A DNA stretch of 64,000 bases from Pseudovirgaria hyperparasitica (Eukaryota). The notes below the pieces were generated by a model. It was not told where the DNA came from. It ran no database searches and saw only the letters and a list, made by a program, of their open reading frames with translations. Positions 24,233-36,078 of this stretch are shown here, one piece after another (within the stretch, counting starts at the first letter, position 1; every line of letters begins with the position of its first letter). Location: NCBI GenBank assembly GCA_010093815.1, contig ML996580.1, one strand, 5' to 3'. The position numbers and the translations under genes are program-made.

Positions 24233-25240
24233 TCACAGCGCAGCAGGATCGATCTGTTCGCCAGCGTCATCACAGTATAGCGGATTGCTGCCCAAGACTT
24301 GCGCGCATGCGGACATGCCATCAACCGAGAGATAGTGACCGAACCCTCCGTCTGGCGCGGCTTTGACGAATGTTGACTCGAGATCGAATGTCGATCCGGG
24401 ACCCAGTGTGACGTTGCCTGTCCGAAGCTGTGGATTTGCAGTTGCATTGTTCAAGTAATAGGTATTGAGAATACATTTGCCTTTATTCGTGATCGGCTCT
24501 TGAGTATTCAGTAGTACTGGCTGGTTCATGACTCTCTTCAGTTGTGCCAGTGTATACTTTGGCCGGGCAGCGGAGGTAAAGACCATGTCCGCCAGTTCGA
24601 GCTCAACACCTGGACCGGAGAGAGGGTTTGGCAGTATGGCGACTTTGGAATTTGCTGACATAACTCCATTTATATCAGTCTGGTAAGCCCCGTCAGTGGG
24701 TTTGAAATTGCCAATACCAAGAGTAGTGCCCCCGAAAAGAGTCGACACAAGAGCTGGCACAAGGCCGCCGAGTGGTGGCGAAGAATCCGTCGCCCCAATG
24801 ACGCCGGCGGTGTCGGCTTGCAGAGGCGTCCTGCTCCCATCCTTGCTAACATAAAGCGCAGAAACACTGGCTTGGAACAGAGCGCCCCAGATTTGGAGTA
24901 CATCTAGTCTGATGTCATCATTCCAACCGCTTTGCACCAGGACCGGGTGTAAATCGTTGCCTTGGAATCCAGGAAGCTCGCTTGCAGGAACGTCAAGAAG
25001 GCTCAAGCCAGTGACGAGCGGATTAGATTTCTGTACGGCTCTAAGAACAGCAGACTTCGAGATTGGTACAATGAACCATGCTAAAAGATGCATTAGCGCA
25101 ATTCCATGAATGGTGAGCAACCTACTATCATTAGCTGTCATTGTTCGCAAGTTTGGATTCCAACTAGCGAGCTGGTTTGTACATTGAGCAGTAGTCTGTC
25201 CAATGGTGCCGATGATGGCCATGATAGCGGAGAAACGCAT
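24233..25240 (-). CDS. Secreted protein of unknown function (probable in-frame intron 25081-25125)
   Basis: Signal peptide MRFSAIMAIIGTIGQTTA-QC, long open frame, four Cys. A 45-nt GTAGGT..GCTAAT..TAG segment lies inside the ORF. Confidence 0.75.
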   Translation of the reverse strand: MRFSAIMAIIGTIGQTTAQCTNQLASWNPNLRTMTANDSRLLTIHGIALMHLLAWFIVPISKSAVLRAVQKSNPLVTGLSLLDVPASELPGFQGNDLHPVLVQSGWNDDIRLDVLQIWGALFQASVSALYVSKDGSRTPLQADTAGVIGATDSSPPLGGLVPALVSTLFGGTTLGIGNFKPTDGAYQTDINGVMSANSKVAILPNPLSGPGVELELADMVFTSAARPKYTLAQLKRVMNQPVLLNTQEPITNKGKCILNTYYLNNATANPQLRTGNVTLGPGSTFDLESTFVKAAPDGGFGHYLSVDGMSACAQVLGSNPLYCDDAGEQIDPAAL

Positions 25241-26148
25241 TTTAATAACAAGCCCTAGGTGCATTCTAATAAATGGCTCTAGGCGAATGGTGTTGAGGAA
25301 CGAAGGATAACAAGAAATATTCGAGGATATAGGAACGTATTAAAGAAACTGATGGATCAGAAAAGATGGCCAAGAGGTTGGCATTTCGAGACAAGGCCAC
25401 ACACGATGCGTAGGAAGTATATGCCCCCTATACCGATCGAACCTTCCAATAGACAACATAAGGCGAGAGTGATACACATATATGGCGCCACCAAACACAT
25501 TATGGATCACACGTGCACCACTATACCGCAAACTAGGAAGCTGCATACTGATGGATTTCAGCTGAGGGCACGCAGGAGCTTCCGACGTCTGGGACCAGCT
25601 ATGGTCATTGGTTTCGTGATACGGTTCTGTCTTCAGATCTGAATCGATCATTACGAAGCGCGAGTGATATTTCTCAGCGTTAAATTTGACGGCAGTGTCA
25701 ACACTTGATATGCAGGTGGCGTTTGTTGTGTTACTATGGATGTTGCCGGACGAAGACGAGGCTGCTGATGCAATTTAACCTTAGCCTCCACACGGAACGA
25801 ACAGTTCCGAGTGTCTTCACTAGATGAATGATTCTTCTCGATCCAGGAGATTGATGTATTCTCTCTACGATGATGATGGTGTTGATGCTACCTCGAGCCT
25901 GCAACTATACGCGAACTTCGACTGCTGATGAACTTATATACCATTAATGCATGATACAAAACATCTGCATGTTGCCATATCAATATGGCAAAATCACATT
26001 TAGATTCGTCCTTCAAAGAATGTCTCGTCTAAGGTTCCATTCGGTAAAGAAGCCGTTGATCTAACTGGGCACAGGCATTCGAACCGAAGACAAAAGGGTC
26101 CAGCCTTCTTTCACGTAGTACACATTACGATCCATAGGTGTTCGTCCA

Positions 26149-28175
26149 ATGATGTGTCAGCTGCCTCACGAATCTTTCAGCTTTGGGTATATTCCAATTT
26201 CAGAATATGCGCGAGTCCTGTTATATCCTATAAGGTACATTGGCGCTCCTTGTCCTCCCTCGGAATCTCTCCGACTCAGAGAGGTGTATCACGTCGTATG
26301 CGAAGCTGCACAGAGGAAGATCGGTTTGGAAGCTCCTCCGGTCTCCGTTACATAAGACTGAACCCCCTGGACATTCAATGTAGGCTTTGATGCCCCAATG
26401 TAGTGTTCTAGAACATGGTCTCAAGACGAATGTCTTATCCAGAGCTCATTTTCGATTCGGCACATCTTACTGAAGAAGACAGCGATACGAATGCATTCCA
26501 AATCGTCGACCGAATGACTTGCCCAACCGGAGCCCCCTTATGTCGCCTTGCTCCCTTTGAACTCAATAAACAATGTGAGGATCCATGGCAATCACTACGT
26601 TGGAGCATGGCGAAGCGATATTATTTTCACACGACGATTATTGTTGCTGGCCCCTTCATGCTCACTGATGGAATCAATGTACAACTTCAACGTATTTTTC
26701 AAGGATATCACATCCAAAACAAAATGCCATTCCTATTGGAGCTGCCTCGATTGATGAAACTGATGTTAGTATGGTCACGAGACGGATTATTTGATCTGAC
26801 TAGTAGAAGACAGCTTATCGGAGCAGTCGCTGATGAACGTTGTACGAGGATATATCATATCCTGAAGGATTCTCGCGCGCTTACATCGTGTGGTGGATGA
26901 CAGTACCAGTATTCTTGGCCTCAACTTCTTCTACTACCATATTCTTCATATTGGCCAGGATCGATGCTGTCGACACGACTGCGTACATCACAAGAGCAAG
27001 GAAATCTTGAATTCCTATGGCAATAATAGCTTTGCTTATAATGAGGACTTTCGGGACGAAGTTGGAGAAGCACCTTTTAAAACAAAGCGGTGAGGCACAC
27101 TCGTGTACTACCGCATCTATCTAAAAAGTTTCGTGCGCTACAATCGACGATGCATCAGTGTGCCCTTGCAAGGCGGAGCGAAAGACATTCACCACATATC
27201 GGCGAACCTCCGCTTTCCAAAACATAACAAGACTTGATGCCCGGCTTACGGTAGATCATCAGGAACATGGCAAGTATAACCGTCGAATTGCGCTTCCATC
27301 GACGATGAACCACCTGATCGGACTGGCTTGGCGTGAGTTTACGCCATGGACTGTCACCACTTGCATAAGGACGTTGTACAATTCAACAACTCTTAGAATT
27401 TATGGCTCGCCAAACTACGCCGAGCCATCAATTTCTGGAAGCTCTCTGATCAGACATCCAGTAGCTAGCTTGCATCGAGATCCAGCTCCAGCCATTTCGT
27501 ATGCCTCACACGGTTATTTTGACATATCTACAACAGAGGTTCTGTTGTACGACGGTGGTGTTGCTACAGGCTTGCGCTCAAATGTTGCACAGGATACTGC
27601 TCCTCGCCACCAATAGCTTGTCGTTGGAATCGGTGATCTCCATACACTTCCATCTCATGTTGGTCCGTCGGACTTCGGTGGACGGTCTTATATGACTCGA
27701 GCAGCAACAAGAAACTATTATACGAACTTACACATTACAGATCACAAAACATACCACCGCTCACAAGCAGGTGGTCCATTGCACGAGAAATACGGGTATG
27801 GTTGCTTATTGTATCAAGTATCACAACGTCTCAACTACTCAGGTTTCTCATCCAACGTATTACGATTAAGTACAATCCTTTCTCGTGGGGTTTTCCTGTT
27901 GAAACTATCAGGGGACGAAGCACATGGTACCCGAGCCAGAAGCATACGCTGTAAGCTATCACCCTTATCCTACACCCTCTCAACGACTCCTCACAGCCAC
28001 AAAAAACGAAGCAATCGAACACGAAGACTTCGAACTTACGAACGATCGCGATCGACTGCGGTTCCTAAACTATCATACCTCGCAACCATGCAGTTTTGCT
28101 CTTGTGAACTGTAATTTATCTCTCTTCCAAACTCTGTGTCGCCAATCCTTACGCGATGCTTATGAAGCTATATAG
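26149..28175 (+). pseudogene. Possible degenerate gene relic
   Basis: Successive short protein-like ORFs on the + strand in shifting frames over 2 kb. No family recognised. Confidence 0.3.
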
Positions 28176-28765
28176 TTTCTGTATCAGCTTTTGGGCTCTC
28201 GATAAATGATATAATCTGCAGCGCAGAAGCAACGTGTGCACATTTTTAGTGTAATATAACATGTCCAAGGCTACGCAAGAGGCAACTGGTTTCTAGGACT
28301 GCTGCTCCAAACCAGACGCAGTTCATGACTACAAGGGGGACATATGGAAATGGATGGAGTACGTGCACTTCCCCGGTTCGGCTTGCGCTGGAGACAGTAG
28401 TTGGGTAATATGAGTTCTTTCTTTTAAGTCAAGATTCTGCCACATTCTGTGAATAGGTGCAATTCTCCCCGTCAAGCTATCACTAATCGTACCTGCAGTG
28501 GCAGCTAGTCTCACCGTCACCATAAAGCCGCGACTATGTCATACACTCTTTTGACCTAATACTAGCCGCGGACTCAGTCATGTCATGGCTAGACTCAGCG
28601 CTCAAAGATGACTGCCTGTCCGAAAGACCAATAGTCATACAGGGTATCAGCCCAGAAACAAGTCAGCAGGATACGCCATGCCATGCAAATCCCGGCACAT
28701 ATGAACAAACAATGTTAATGTCAAATAATACATAGAGTCTCCTCTTTAGAAAAAGAGAGGTACAA

Positions 28766-31677
28766 TCAATAATTGTCCCAGACTTGTTCGGCGAGAGCTC
28801 GCTCGGCCCTGTACGAGCATGTCAGTCTCAGCTAGTTTGCACCGCGGTCGAGTGACTTACACGACACCGTTGCCAGAGAGGCCTTTCCGGGGCACAACTC
28901 CAGAGTTGCGCGGAATTTCTGGCTGATCAGGGTCAACCATTTTGCGCTCTTTGTGCTGACTGCGCATATTTGTACGGCGTTGAGCTGCCGGCTGCTTGTT
29001 CTTGGAAGAAATTGCTACACCCGATCGCTTCTTCCGTGGCGGACTGTCTTGAATAATGATTGGGTCCTCTGAGTTGCCATTGCGGATGCCTTCATTCCGA
29101 GCGGGGCTCTGCCTCGTGGCTCCCGATCTATACTCACGGGGCGTTATGAATGGTTCTTTCAGACGCACAGACGCGTGCCGGCCAGTATTTTGGCTCTGTC
29201 CGCTAAGCAAACGACGACTCTGGGAAGCCTGACAATTAGTATGAATGCGTTTCTCATTCTGATTGGTCATATATTGACGATGAGACTCATGCGCAGGACG
29301 ATAGTCACTTGGAGACATCAGTCGACGTGCCTCTTGCTCGAGCTCCTGAGGAGACTGAACATAATCACTTGGAGACATAAGTCGTCGTGCTGCTTGCTCA
29401 AGTGATCGTGTTGACGGAGTCTCTTCACCATGGATCTGTCCAGGTTCAGTGTAATAATCAGAATGATTCGGCCTATAGCGGCTTTGTGTCCGCGGACTCT
29501 CTGCAATCAAAGGTATGTAACTTTCATCATAATCTGGGACTAGTCCAGGCTTCTGGGGTACGATTTGGCGAGCCTGTATCTGTCCTGTTCGAGATGTTCT
29601 TACGTTGCTAGATATTAGACCTTTGTTTGTCACGTACTGAGGGGCTTTGCTTCGCCCAACATAGTAGTCTTGATGCGATTCATGAAATTGTTGGTTGGTA
29701 TGAGCCTCGTTTGGGATCGATTGCTGTTCTCGATGTGAATGCAGAGTCCGTCTGGACCCACTATGTTCGTGTCCATAAGCGTCTCTGCCTGGGCCATGTA
29801 ATAGCTGTGGCTCCACGGAGGTTGGCATCTTAGCTGCAAGTCGAAGATCACGCATTGACTCGTGCGCGTCTGTATCTTCAATGGATGGAATAGGCATGTC
29901 ATGATCCTTGATAGAGTCATCATCTCGCACATGGGAGTACTGGCTGCCTGCAATCCGGTCTGATACCAGGGCGCGCCGATGCTGCGGCTTATATTCACGT
30001 GATGGTCTGCTGTGATGAATTGGGGGCTCTGCATACTTGCTTGCGACTGGGTAATCTGCGTCTGTATGCTGTCTTCGCAGTATGACAGGGTCAGTGACCA
30101 TCATATTGGGACGCCTGTATACCACGTTTGTATTCGACTAGTGAATGTTAGGTTGAGTCAACACGGGTGCGCACTTGCTTGCAGGTAGCATGAACAGGAA
30201 AACCTACCGCCGGAACTGAGGGGAGAAGACGACCCTCAACGTATCTGCTATTAGGCTTCAGTTGATATCTCAGTGGAGCGCGAGGCTGATAAACTTACTC
30301 TCGAACATAGACAACCTCTCGTATTGGTTCCGCATACGCTGACGGATACGCTGTAGTCGGGGTCTCATATACTGAAGGGACATAGTCCTTTCGGTCTGTA
30401 TACTGCACAATTGACGGTCCAGGCTGATGGGGGCGAGTTCTGACTGTTCGGCCGTTCGTCACCGGACGCATATAAGATATATCAGGCTTTTGTGAGGATG
30501 GTACTACCACTATACGTCTGCGAGCTCGAAAGGAACGCGAATTTCCTGTATAGAAATCTTGCGGGTAATCTTCAGGTTGCAGATCATGCGCAGCAGCTTG
30601 TCTGGATACGATCTCAAGACTATGCCCTCTAGCGTGGCCATTGACGGATTCGTCGGCACTATCGTCGTCGTCATCGTCGTCATCATCATCATTATCAGAA
30701 TCGATAACAATAGTCTCGCGAAAGATGTCCTCGAATTCAGATTCGCCATCATCAATTTCGCCCCGCCACTCCATAAGTTGGTCTAGACACGGCTGTTCAA
30801 CTTTAGCTCGGGCTTCGAGATACGTACCAGATTTGAGCAGTTTATCATAATCGGTGTAGACGTGGCGGATATGAGCAATGACTGCCAATTGTACGCGTCG
30901 TGGAAGCGAAAGCTCTTGTGCATTACCGACTCGTTTGGTGCCCTGTCAGCGTAAGCTCAATCGACCCACGGCAGCTTCGTGATTATTATACTTTTCGAAA
31001 AGCATGTTGGACAATCTCGCCGAGATCTTTGTCGGGGATTTTTGGGAAAAGATCTCGGATCGCAGATCTGACTTGTGTCTTCGTGTCGTCCTCAGAGCCC
31101 TTCCCCTGGTCCAAGCCTAAACGCTTGCTGTGACCCGCAAGACTTCTGGCAAGGCGAGACGTGGCGAGAACATCCAAGTCTTTCCGATACTGACCTCCTC
31201 GGATACTATATCCTAGCCAGTCGCAAGCCTGATCCACAACGGCGTTTGGGAAATGATAACCAACACGATGTAGATGATGGGAGATCTTCTCAGGGTCCGT
31301 TGAGGCCTTGTTTTTCGGAGTGGCCTAAGACACGTAAGGAAAAAGTAGCATCAAGGAATGAAATGACAAACAGAGACAATGTGAACAACGAGGCTACGCT
31401 TCCGACATAGCTCTTTGCAAAACTCGGATAGCTCCGGAATTCCTGCTGGGACAAATGTGTACCCTTCAGGAGATTGCGCATCATATGATACCTGGTCAAC
31501 GACTTGTTAGAAGGGGAAACGTCGTCCAGATGTGAGACCAACAGCGGAGCGCAGCTTCTTCTTCTCTGCTGTCACAGACTCCAAGACAACCTTGTATGGT
31601 TTCTTTTTGCGATGTTCAACGCGACTAGGGGCTCGCGCTGAGCGCGCAGCCAGACCGCGACGCTCTACGAGCACCAT
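28766..31677 (-). CDS. DUF2293 domain protein; multi-exon
   Basis: AIRDLFPKIP..IVQHAF / RVGNA..LSLPRRVQLAVIAHIRHVYTDYDKLL..AR..VEQPCLDQLMEWRGE is the DUF2293 signature. Six GT..AG introns join the exons in frame. Long disordered C-terminus. Confidence 0.87.
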
Positions 31678-32077
31678 GCCAGCCGCTGCTACTTCTCCTC
31701 CTCCCAACAATCCACTAGATGCCAGCTGAAGTCAAACCAGGCCTGGTAGGATGTACTAGTCATTAGTGTTGCAATACGTGTCTACAAATGTGATACAGGC
31801 ACTCCGGGACGAATAACCATGCCAAAGCAGTCGTTGTTGTGCCAGCCAGTGACTCTTCACTTAGAGATCCAGTGACAAGGGCTATTCCTGGAAAGTGCAA
31901 ATGACAGATGCCGATGCAGATGATGGACTGGTCAGGTCAAGTGTGTACGCGTCGAGACATCGGCGTCGGCTCCACGGGCCGGCTCCGGAAAAACCTGCAT
32001 TGCCGGTACCTAAGCGTCGAATACATGCCTTTATCATAGTCGCTGATTCAACAAACACTGTGACACTACTTGGATCC

Positions 32078-32655
32078 ATGCCAGATAAGATTGTTGCGGC
32101 ATACCGGAATCTCTTTAGGCATTCGCTGCGAGCAGTGCAGTTCTCGAAGCCTGCCCGATACATCTACCGCGATAGACTGCGGGAAGCGTTCAGAGATGGC
32201 GACCCTGCTGATTTTGATCAGTCAAAAATCGACAACACAGTGGAATTCTTGAAGGCTGCGACGCACGACACTGGACTGGAACACAAGATAGTAAAGAATC
32301 TTTGCAAGGTGTGGTGGGGCCAGGCATCCCGTTATCAAAGTTGCGCAGAGTAAGCCCACCATCCGGACACTCTGTCAGGAGGTTGCTTATATTGTACAGC
32401 CCGGTGCCATTTATACATCGCACTAAGCTGAATGCCTTCGAGCACTACGACCACAACATCAGAATGCTTAACGAAAGCTTGGGTCTATGCATTCCTACAA
32501 CAAAGCACTGGCAGCTTCTTCGATGGCGACAGGCGTCAGAGATAGTGACACCTAAGTCAGTACAAGGAAAGAAGTCACTACTCTTGAAGACACACTGGGA
32601 ACCTTATCCAGAACTTGTCATGGATACACATGGCAGTACAACGTTTGATCATTAA
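32078..32655 (+). CDS. LYR-motif-like mitochondrial protein (DUF1763-like); 2 exons
   Basis: AYRNLFRHSLRAVQFSKPARY..RDRLREAFR, NTVEFL..A...GLEHKIVKNL and MLNESLGLC. GTAAGC..CAG intron near 32350-32399. Confidence 0.8.
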
Positions 32656-32715
32656 TTTGATTAAAGAAGAAGAATCTACTACGAGCTACACGCTGATCCC
32701 CTTACACTGTTCTCC

Positions 32716-33165
32716 TCACGCGCCTTTCCTGTCACGAACGGTGTCCTGATCATCCTCTTCCTCTCCTGGAGCGCGATCAACTTCGGCTCCAGCTGATGCA
32801 AGCCGATCAAATGCCGAATTGTTATGGCGCATATGCTTTTCATAGCGATCATGTCCTTTGGCATCCGGCTCAGAAGGGTGGGTGTGTAAATTCTTGGTCT
32901 GCACGGTGGCTGGCAGCTGATCTCCTGTGCCGGTAATGACATCTGGGGCAGAGGTGCCAACGTCTTTGGTCGTGCGTGGGATATCGACGTTGTTCGAAGC
33001 GGCAGTGGCCTGGTCTGCTGCCTCTAGAGGGTTGCTAGAGTCTGTGTCTTGATAGGGGCGAGGGACTGATTTGATCAAGTTCATCTTGCCCGCATCACCT
33101 GGGATGGATGTGCCTGTTGCGGCCATATCGGAGAGGTCTCCGCCTTGATGAGGGTCTGGCGCCAT
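32716..33165 (-). CDS. Small hydrophilic hypothetical protein (149 aa)
   Basis: ATG in ACCATGG context. MAPDPHQGGDLSDMAATGTSIPGDAG..SVPRP..VITGTGDQLP has coding-like composition. Confidence 0.7.
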   Translation of the reverse strand: MAPDPHQGGDLSDMAATGTSIPGDAGKMNLIKSVPRPYQDTDSSNPLEAADQATAASNNVDIPRTTKDVGTSAPDVITGTGDQLPATVQTKNLHTHPSEPDAKGHDRYEKHMRHNNSAFDRLASAGAEVDRAPGEEEDDQDTVRDRKGA

Positions 33166-33550
33166 GGTTCGGAGGTAGTGAAGTAGATTGTCTCTCAACA
33201 CAGGGCTCAATAATGTAGTCAAGTTCTGATGACGACTTATGCGATTGTTGTACATGAACGGAACACTGCCAGTTGACACAGCATCTATATATGCATAACG
33301 GCCACACGATTTACCCGATGACATCTGTTGACCCATAATTGCGGAGGACAATGTTGTCAATGCCGTCATGATGAATACAACAAATCACCTACACCCTGAC
33401 CTAACAATCCCAGCACACCTACGCTCCCCAGCAATTTCCACTGCTCCCTAGGGCCCCGCACCCGAAGCATCTCCGCGTTAACATCGACAACGCGTCGTCC
33501 CAAGGTACGCTCCGATCCCATGCTCTCGCAATCCTCTAGTCCTCATAACA

Positions 33551-33935
33551 ATGCCCCCCCAAGATCCTCCTCCCGCAGTTGACAAGCGCGTCGCAGCCCG
33601 CGAAGTCGTCGACATCCTCCACGAAATCTCGACTCTGCTCGTACGGCCCACCTGTTCCCCCTCCCGCAGGCACTGCCTCTTTTGATCCGTCCGCTAACAC
33701 CCGCTGCCAAAATACAGAACACGAATCTATCGCGGCCACAGCTGTCGTTTTGCATCTCGCTGATCGAGAATGGTGTTCACCCGGAGGCATTAGCTGTGAG
33801 TGAGGGTTTTCGTGACTGGGGCATCCCCATAAAATATGCCTGAGAAGCTGATCATTTGTGCTGCGACAGACTGTGATCAAGACGCTGCGGAAGGAGTATC
33901 CCGAGTCGGACATGACGGAGAGTGAGGATGGGTAA
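33551..33935 (+). CDS. MZT1: Mitotic-spindle organizing protein 1 (Mozart1); 3 exons
   Basis: Spliced translation MPPQDPPPAVDKRVAAREVVDILHEISTLL/NTNLSRPQLSFCISLIENGVHPEALA/TVIKTLRKEYPESDMTESEDG. Not visible as one ORF in the track. Confidence 0.95.
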
Positions 33936-34407
33936 TGAGTTGTTTGGCTGCGATATAGAGGCTGTGGCCTTGCGTTGTGCTATTGAGGCGATAGGAGATT
34001 TAAAGAGATCGCGTCTTGATTGGAAGCTTCGCTGTGCGACCAAGCCGCTTACCCGTGCATGAAGCTCTATATGTCGAGTATGCCACGGTATTCAAGACTA
34101 CCAGCAAGTCGATACGGAGACTGGTATTGCAGGAAGGGTGGCGCACGTCGCAATGTTTTGGCGAGCATGCTCAAGAGCAAGACGACGAACGCAGAGGTTA
34201 GGCATGTGGTCAGAGAGGCTATCCCTGAGATGCAGTCGTCTTGGAGAAATACGCAGCAAGGTTGCAGAGCCTACCAAAACGCAGCATCTAGACTCACGCA
34301 CCTCATGTGCATCAAAACTGCTGAGCAAAGCGCACATCACGGTTCATATAGAAACATGAACGTTCATCGCTCACTCGCACAGAAGATTCTCTCACTATCT
34401 CCCGAAA

Positions 34408-35594
34408 CTACATAAAATCATCCTCCCAGTTCGGATCCCGATCCTGGTTACTCTGCGCCGCTAGTGCATCCTCACTAAACATATCATCGTACGCATGCTC
34501 CTTCTCCCACTTCTTCTCCTTCCGCTCCTTTGCAATGCGTGCCTCTTCCTTGGCTCGCGCCTGCTGATTGACTCGGTCCCGCTGCCGCAGCTCCTTGAGA
34601 CGATCTTCCTTTTCCTGCAGCAGGTTGGGATAGGATTCGGTGCGGGTTTTGTTAAGGCGATTTACGATTGGGTTCTCGCGCGCAGCGACATGGATCTTCT
34701 TAACCTGTCGGGGGAATTGAGCTGTGTGTCCTTTGCCCTGACCACTCGATCATATCACATGATATATAGGGGACCGCTGGTGTTGGGAGCGGAGAGAGAA
34801 GATGAAAAAGCATAATTACCTTCTTCTGGTCCTTAAACCCGACCTGCCCAACGGCCATACTTCCATCCTTCTTCAAGTTCGACCACGGCGTGTATATCAC
34901 CGTGATGTTATCCTTCTTATTGCCTGTTCATCAAGGGGTTTTATACCTCAGCCTCGTGAACCCCCTTTCTTAAGCCAAGCGTACACGGAAAGAAGAAAGA
35001 ATTAAAAAAACACGCGAAGCGAAGAATTGAGCATACCTTCAATCGAATTCGCCTTTGTCAGCTGTGCGCAATCAACCAACAAGTCCTTCTCAATCGCATC
35101 CCAGGTCTCGCCGTCGCGCAGACGCACGTAGACATGCGCCGAGGACAGATTGTCAACGTGAAACTATCCGGCCATTGCGCCCATCAGCCTTCCTGACCGC
35201 CCCTCAAACGACGAAAAGAACCATGCATAATTACCCTGAGAGTAGCACAATATTAGTATCGATTTCTCACCCCGCGAGTTCCCCCCACCCCAATTTTCTG
35301 TGTTTGTTTATGGATGCAGGGGGAACGGTAAGGGGAGAAAAAGAAAAGGGGGAATTTATTTACCAGACATCTTCGTCCCAGCCGTACTTTATCAAATCTT
35401 CGTCTAACACGCGCTCAGTCGATTCAGTCCATATGTGCCTTTTTTTACAAAGGGCTGTCCGGGTAGCTGACTGGCTGGCTGGAGCTAGTCTGCGCGCCCG
35501 AGGGAAAAAAAGCCTACGTACTTTCGACTTTGTCCTTGCCCATGTAGATGTATGCCGAGGGCTTGACGACGTTGCTTGTAAAGTAGTACACCAT
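34408..35594 (-). CDS. JLP2: CCDC25/Jlp2 (NFACT-R, DUF814) protein; model includes a 1-nt exon at 35235
   Basis: [97 protein letters not shown]. Confidence 0.95.
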
Positions 35595-36078
35595 ATCTGC
35601 CCCTTTTGCTGATAATAACTCAAGGATCCGTTGCGGGGTGAGCGTCTTGAAAGAAGAAGGCTCAGAAACGAGCTGATGGTTGTTAGTCATATTCGCATTG
35701 GAAGGCGAAGCTTCCACCACGTCTTGGCGGGATGGATCTACTTATTTCGAACACGTGACGGCAAAAAGTGGTCAGGTGCTTTTTGTAACTATTTTTTGCA
35801 TTTCTATTCCATGGAGCTATCAATCTATTTAACAGTAATCTATTTCTCATATTGGAGAGAGAGAGAGAAGAAAAGAATCAATGCCCGCGCCGAAATGATC
35901 TGTTACCTTCCTAATCCTCTGCCTCCCTCCGCCTCCTATATACCTCTTAATCAGTAAACTAAACCTACAAAGGGAAAAAAAATATCTATAATCATCCCTG
36001 CACAAGACGAAGAAGGGATTGTATATACCCCTCAGTCGATATCAAAACGAAAGAAAAAAAACAAGAATGCACATCCCG

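Noticed and set aside
10439..28500. Gene-sparse segment as a Starship or other large mobile element
   Set aside because: No tyrosine-recombinase captain, transposase, terminal repeats or target-site duplication seen.
29300..29402. 20-aa internal duplication (LEQ.ARRLMSPSDY) in the DUF2293 gene
   Set aside because: Real but ordinary duplication in a disordered region.
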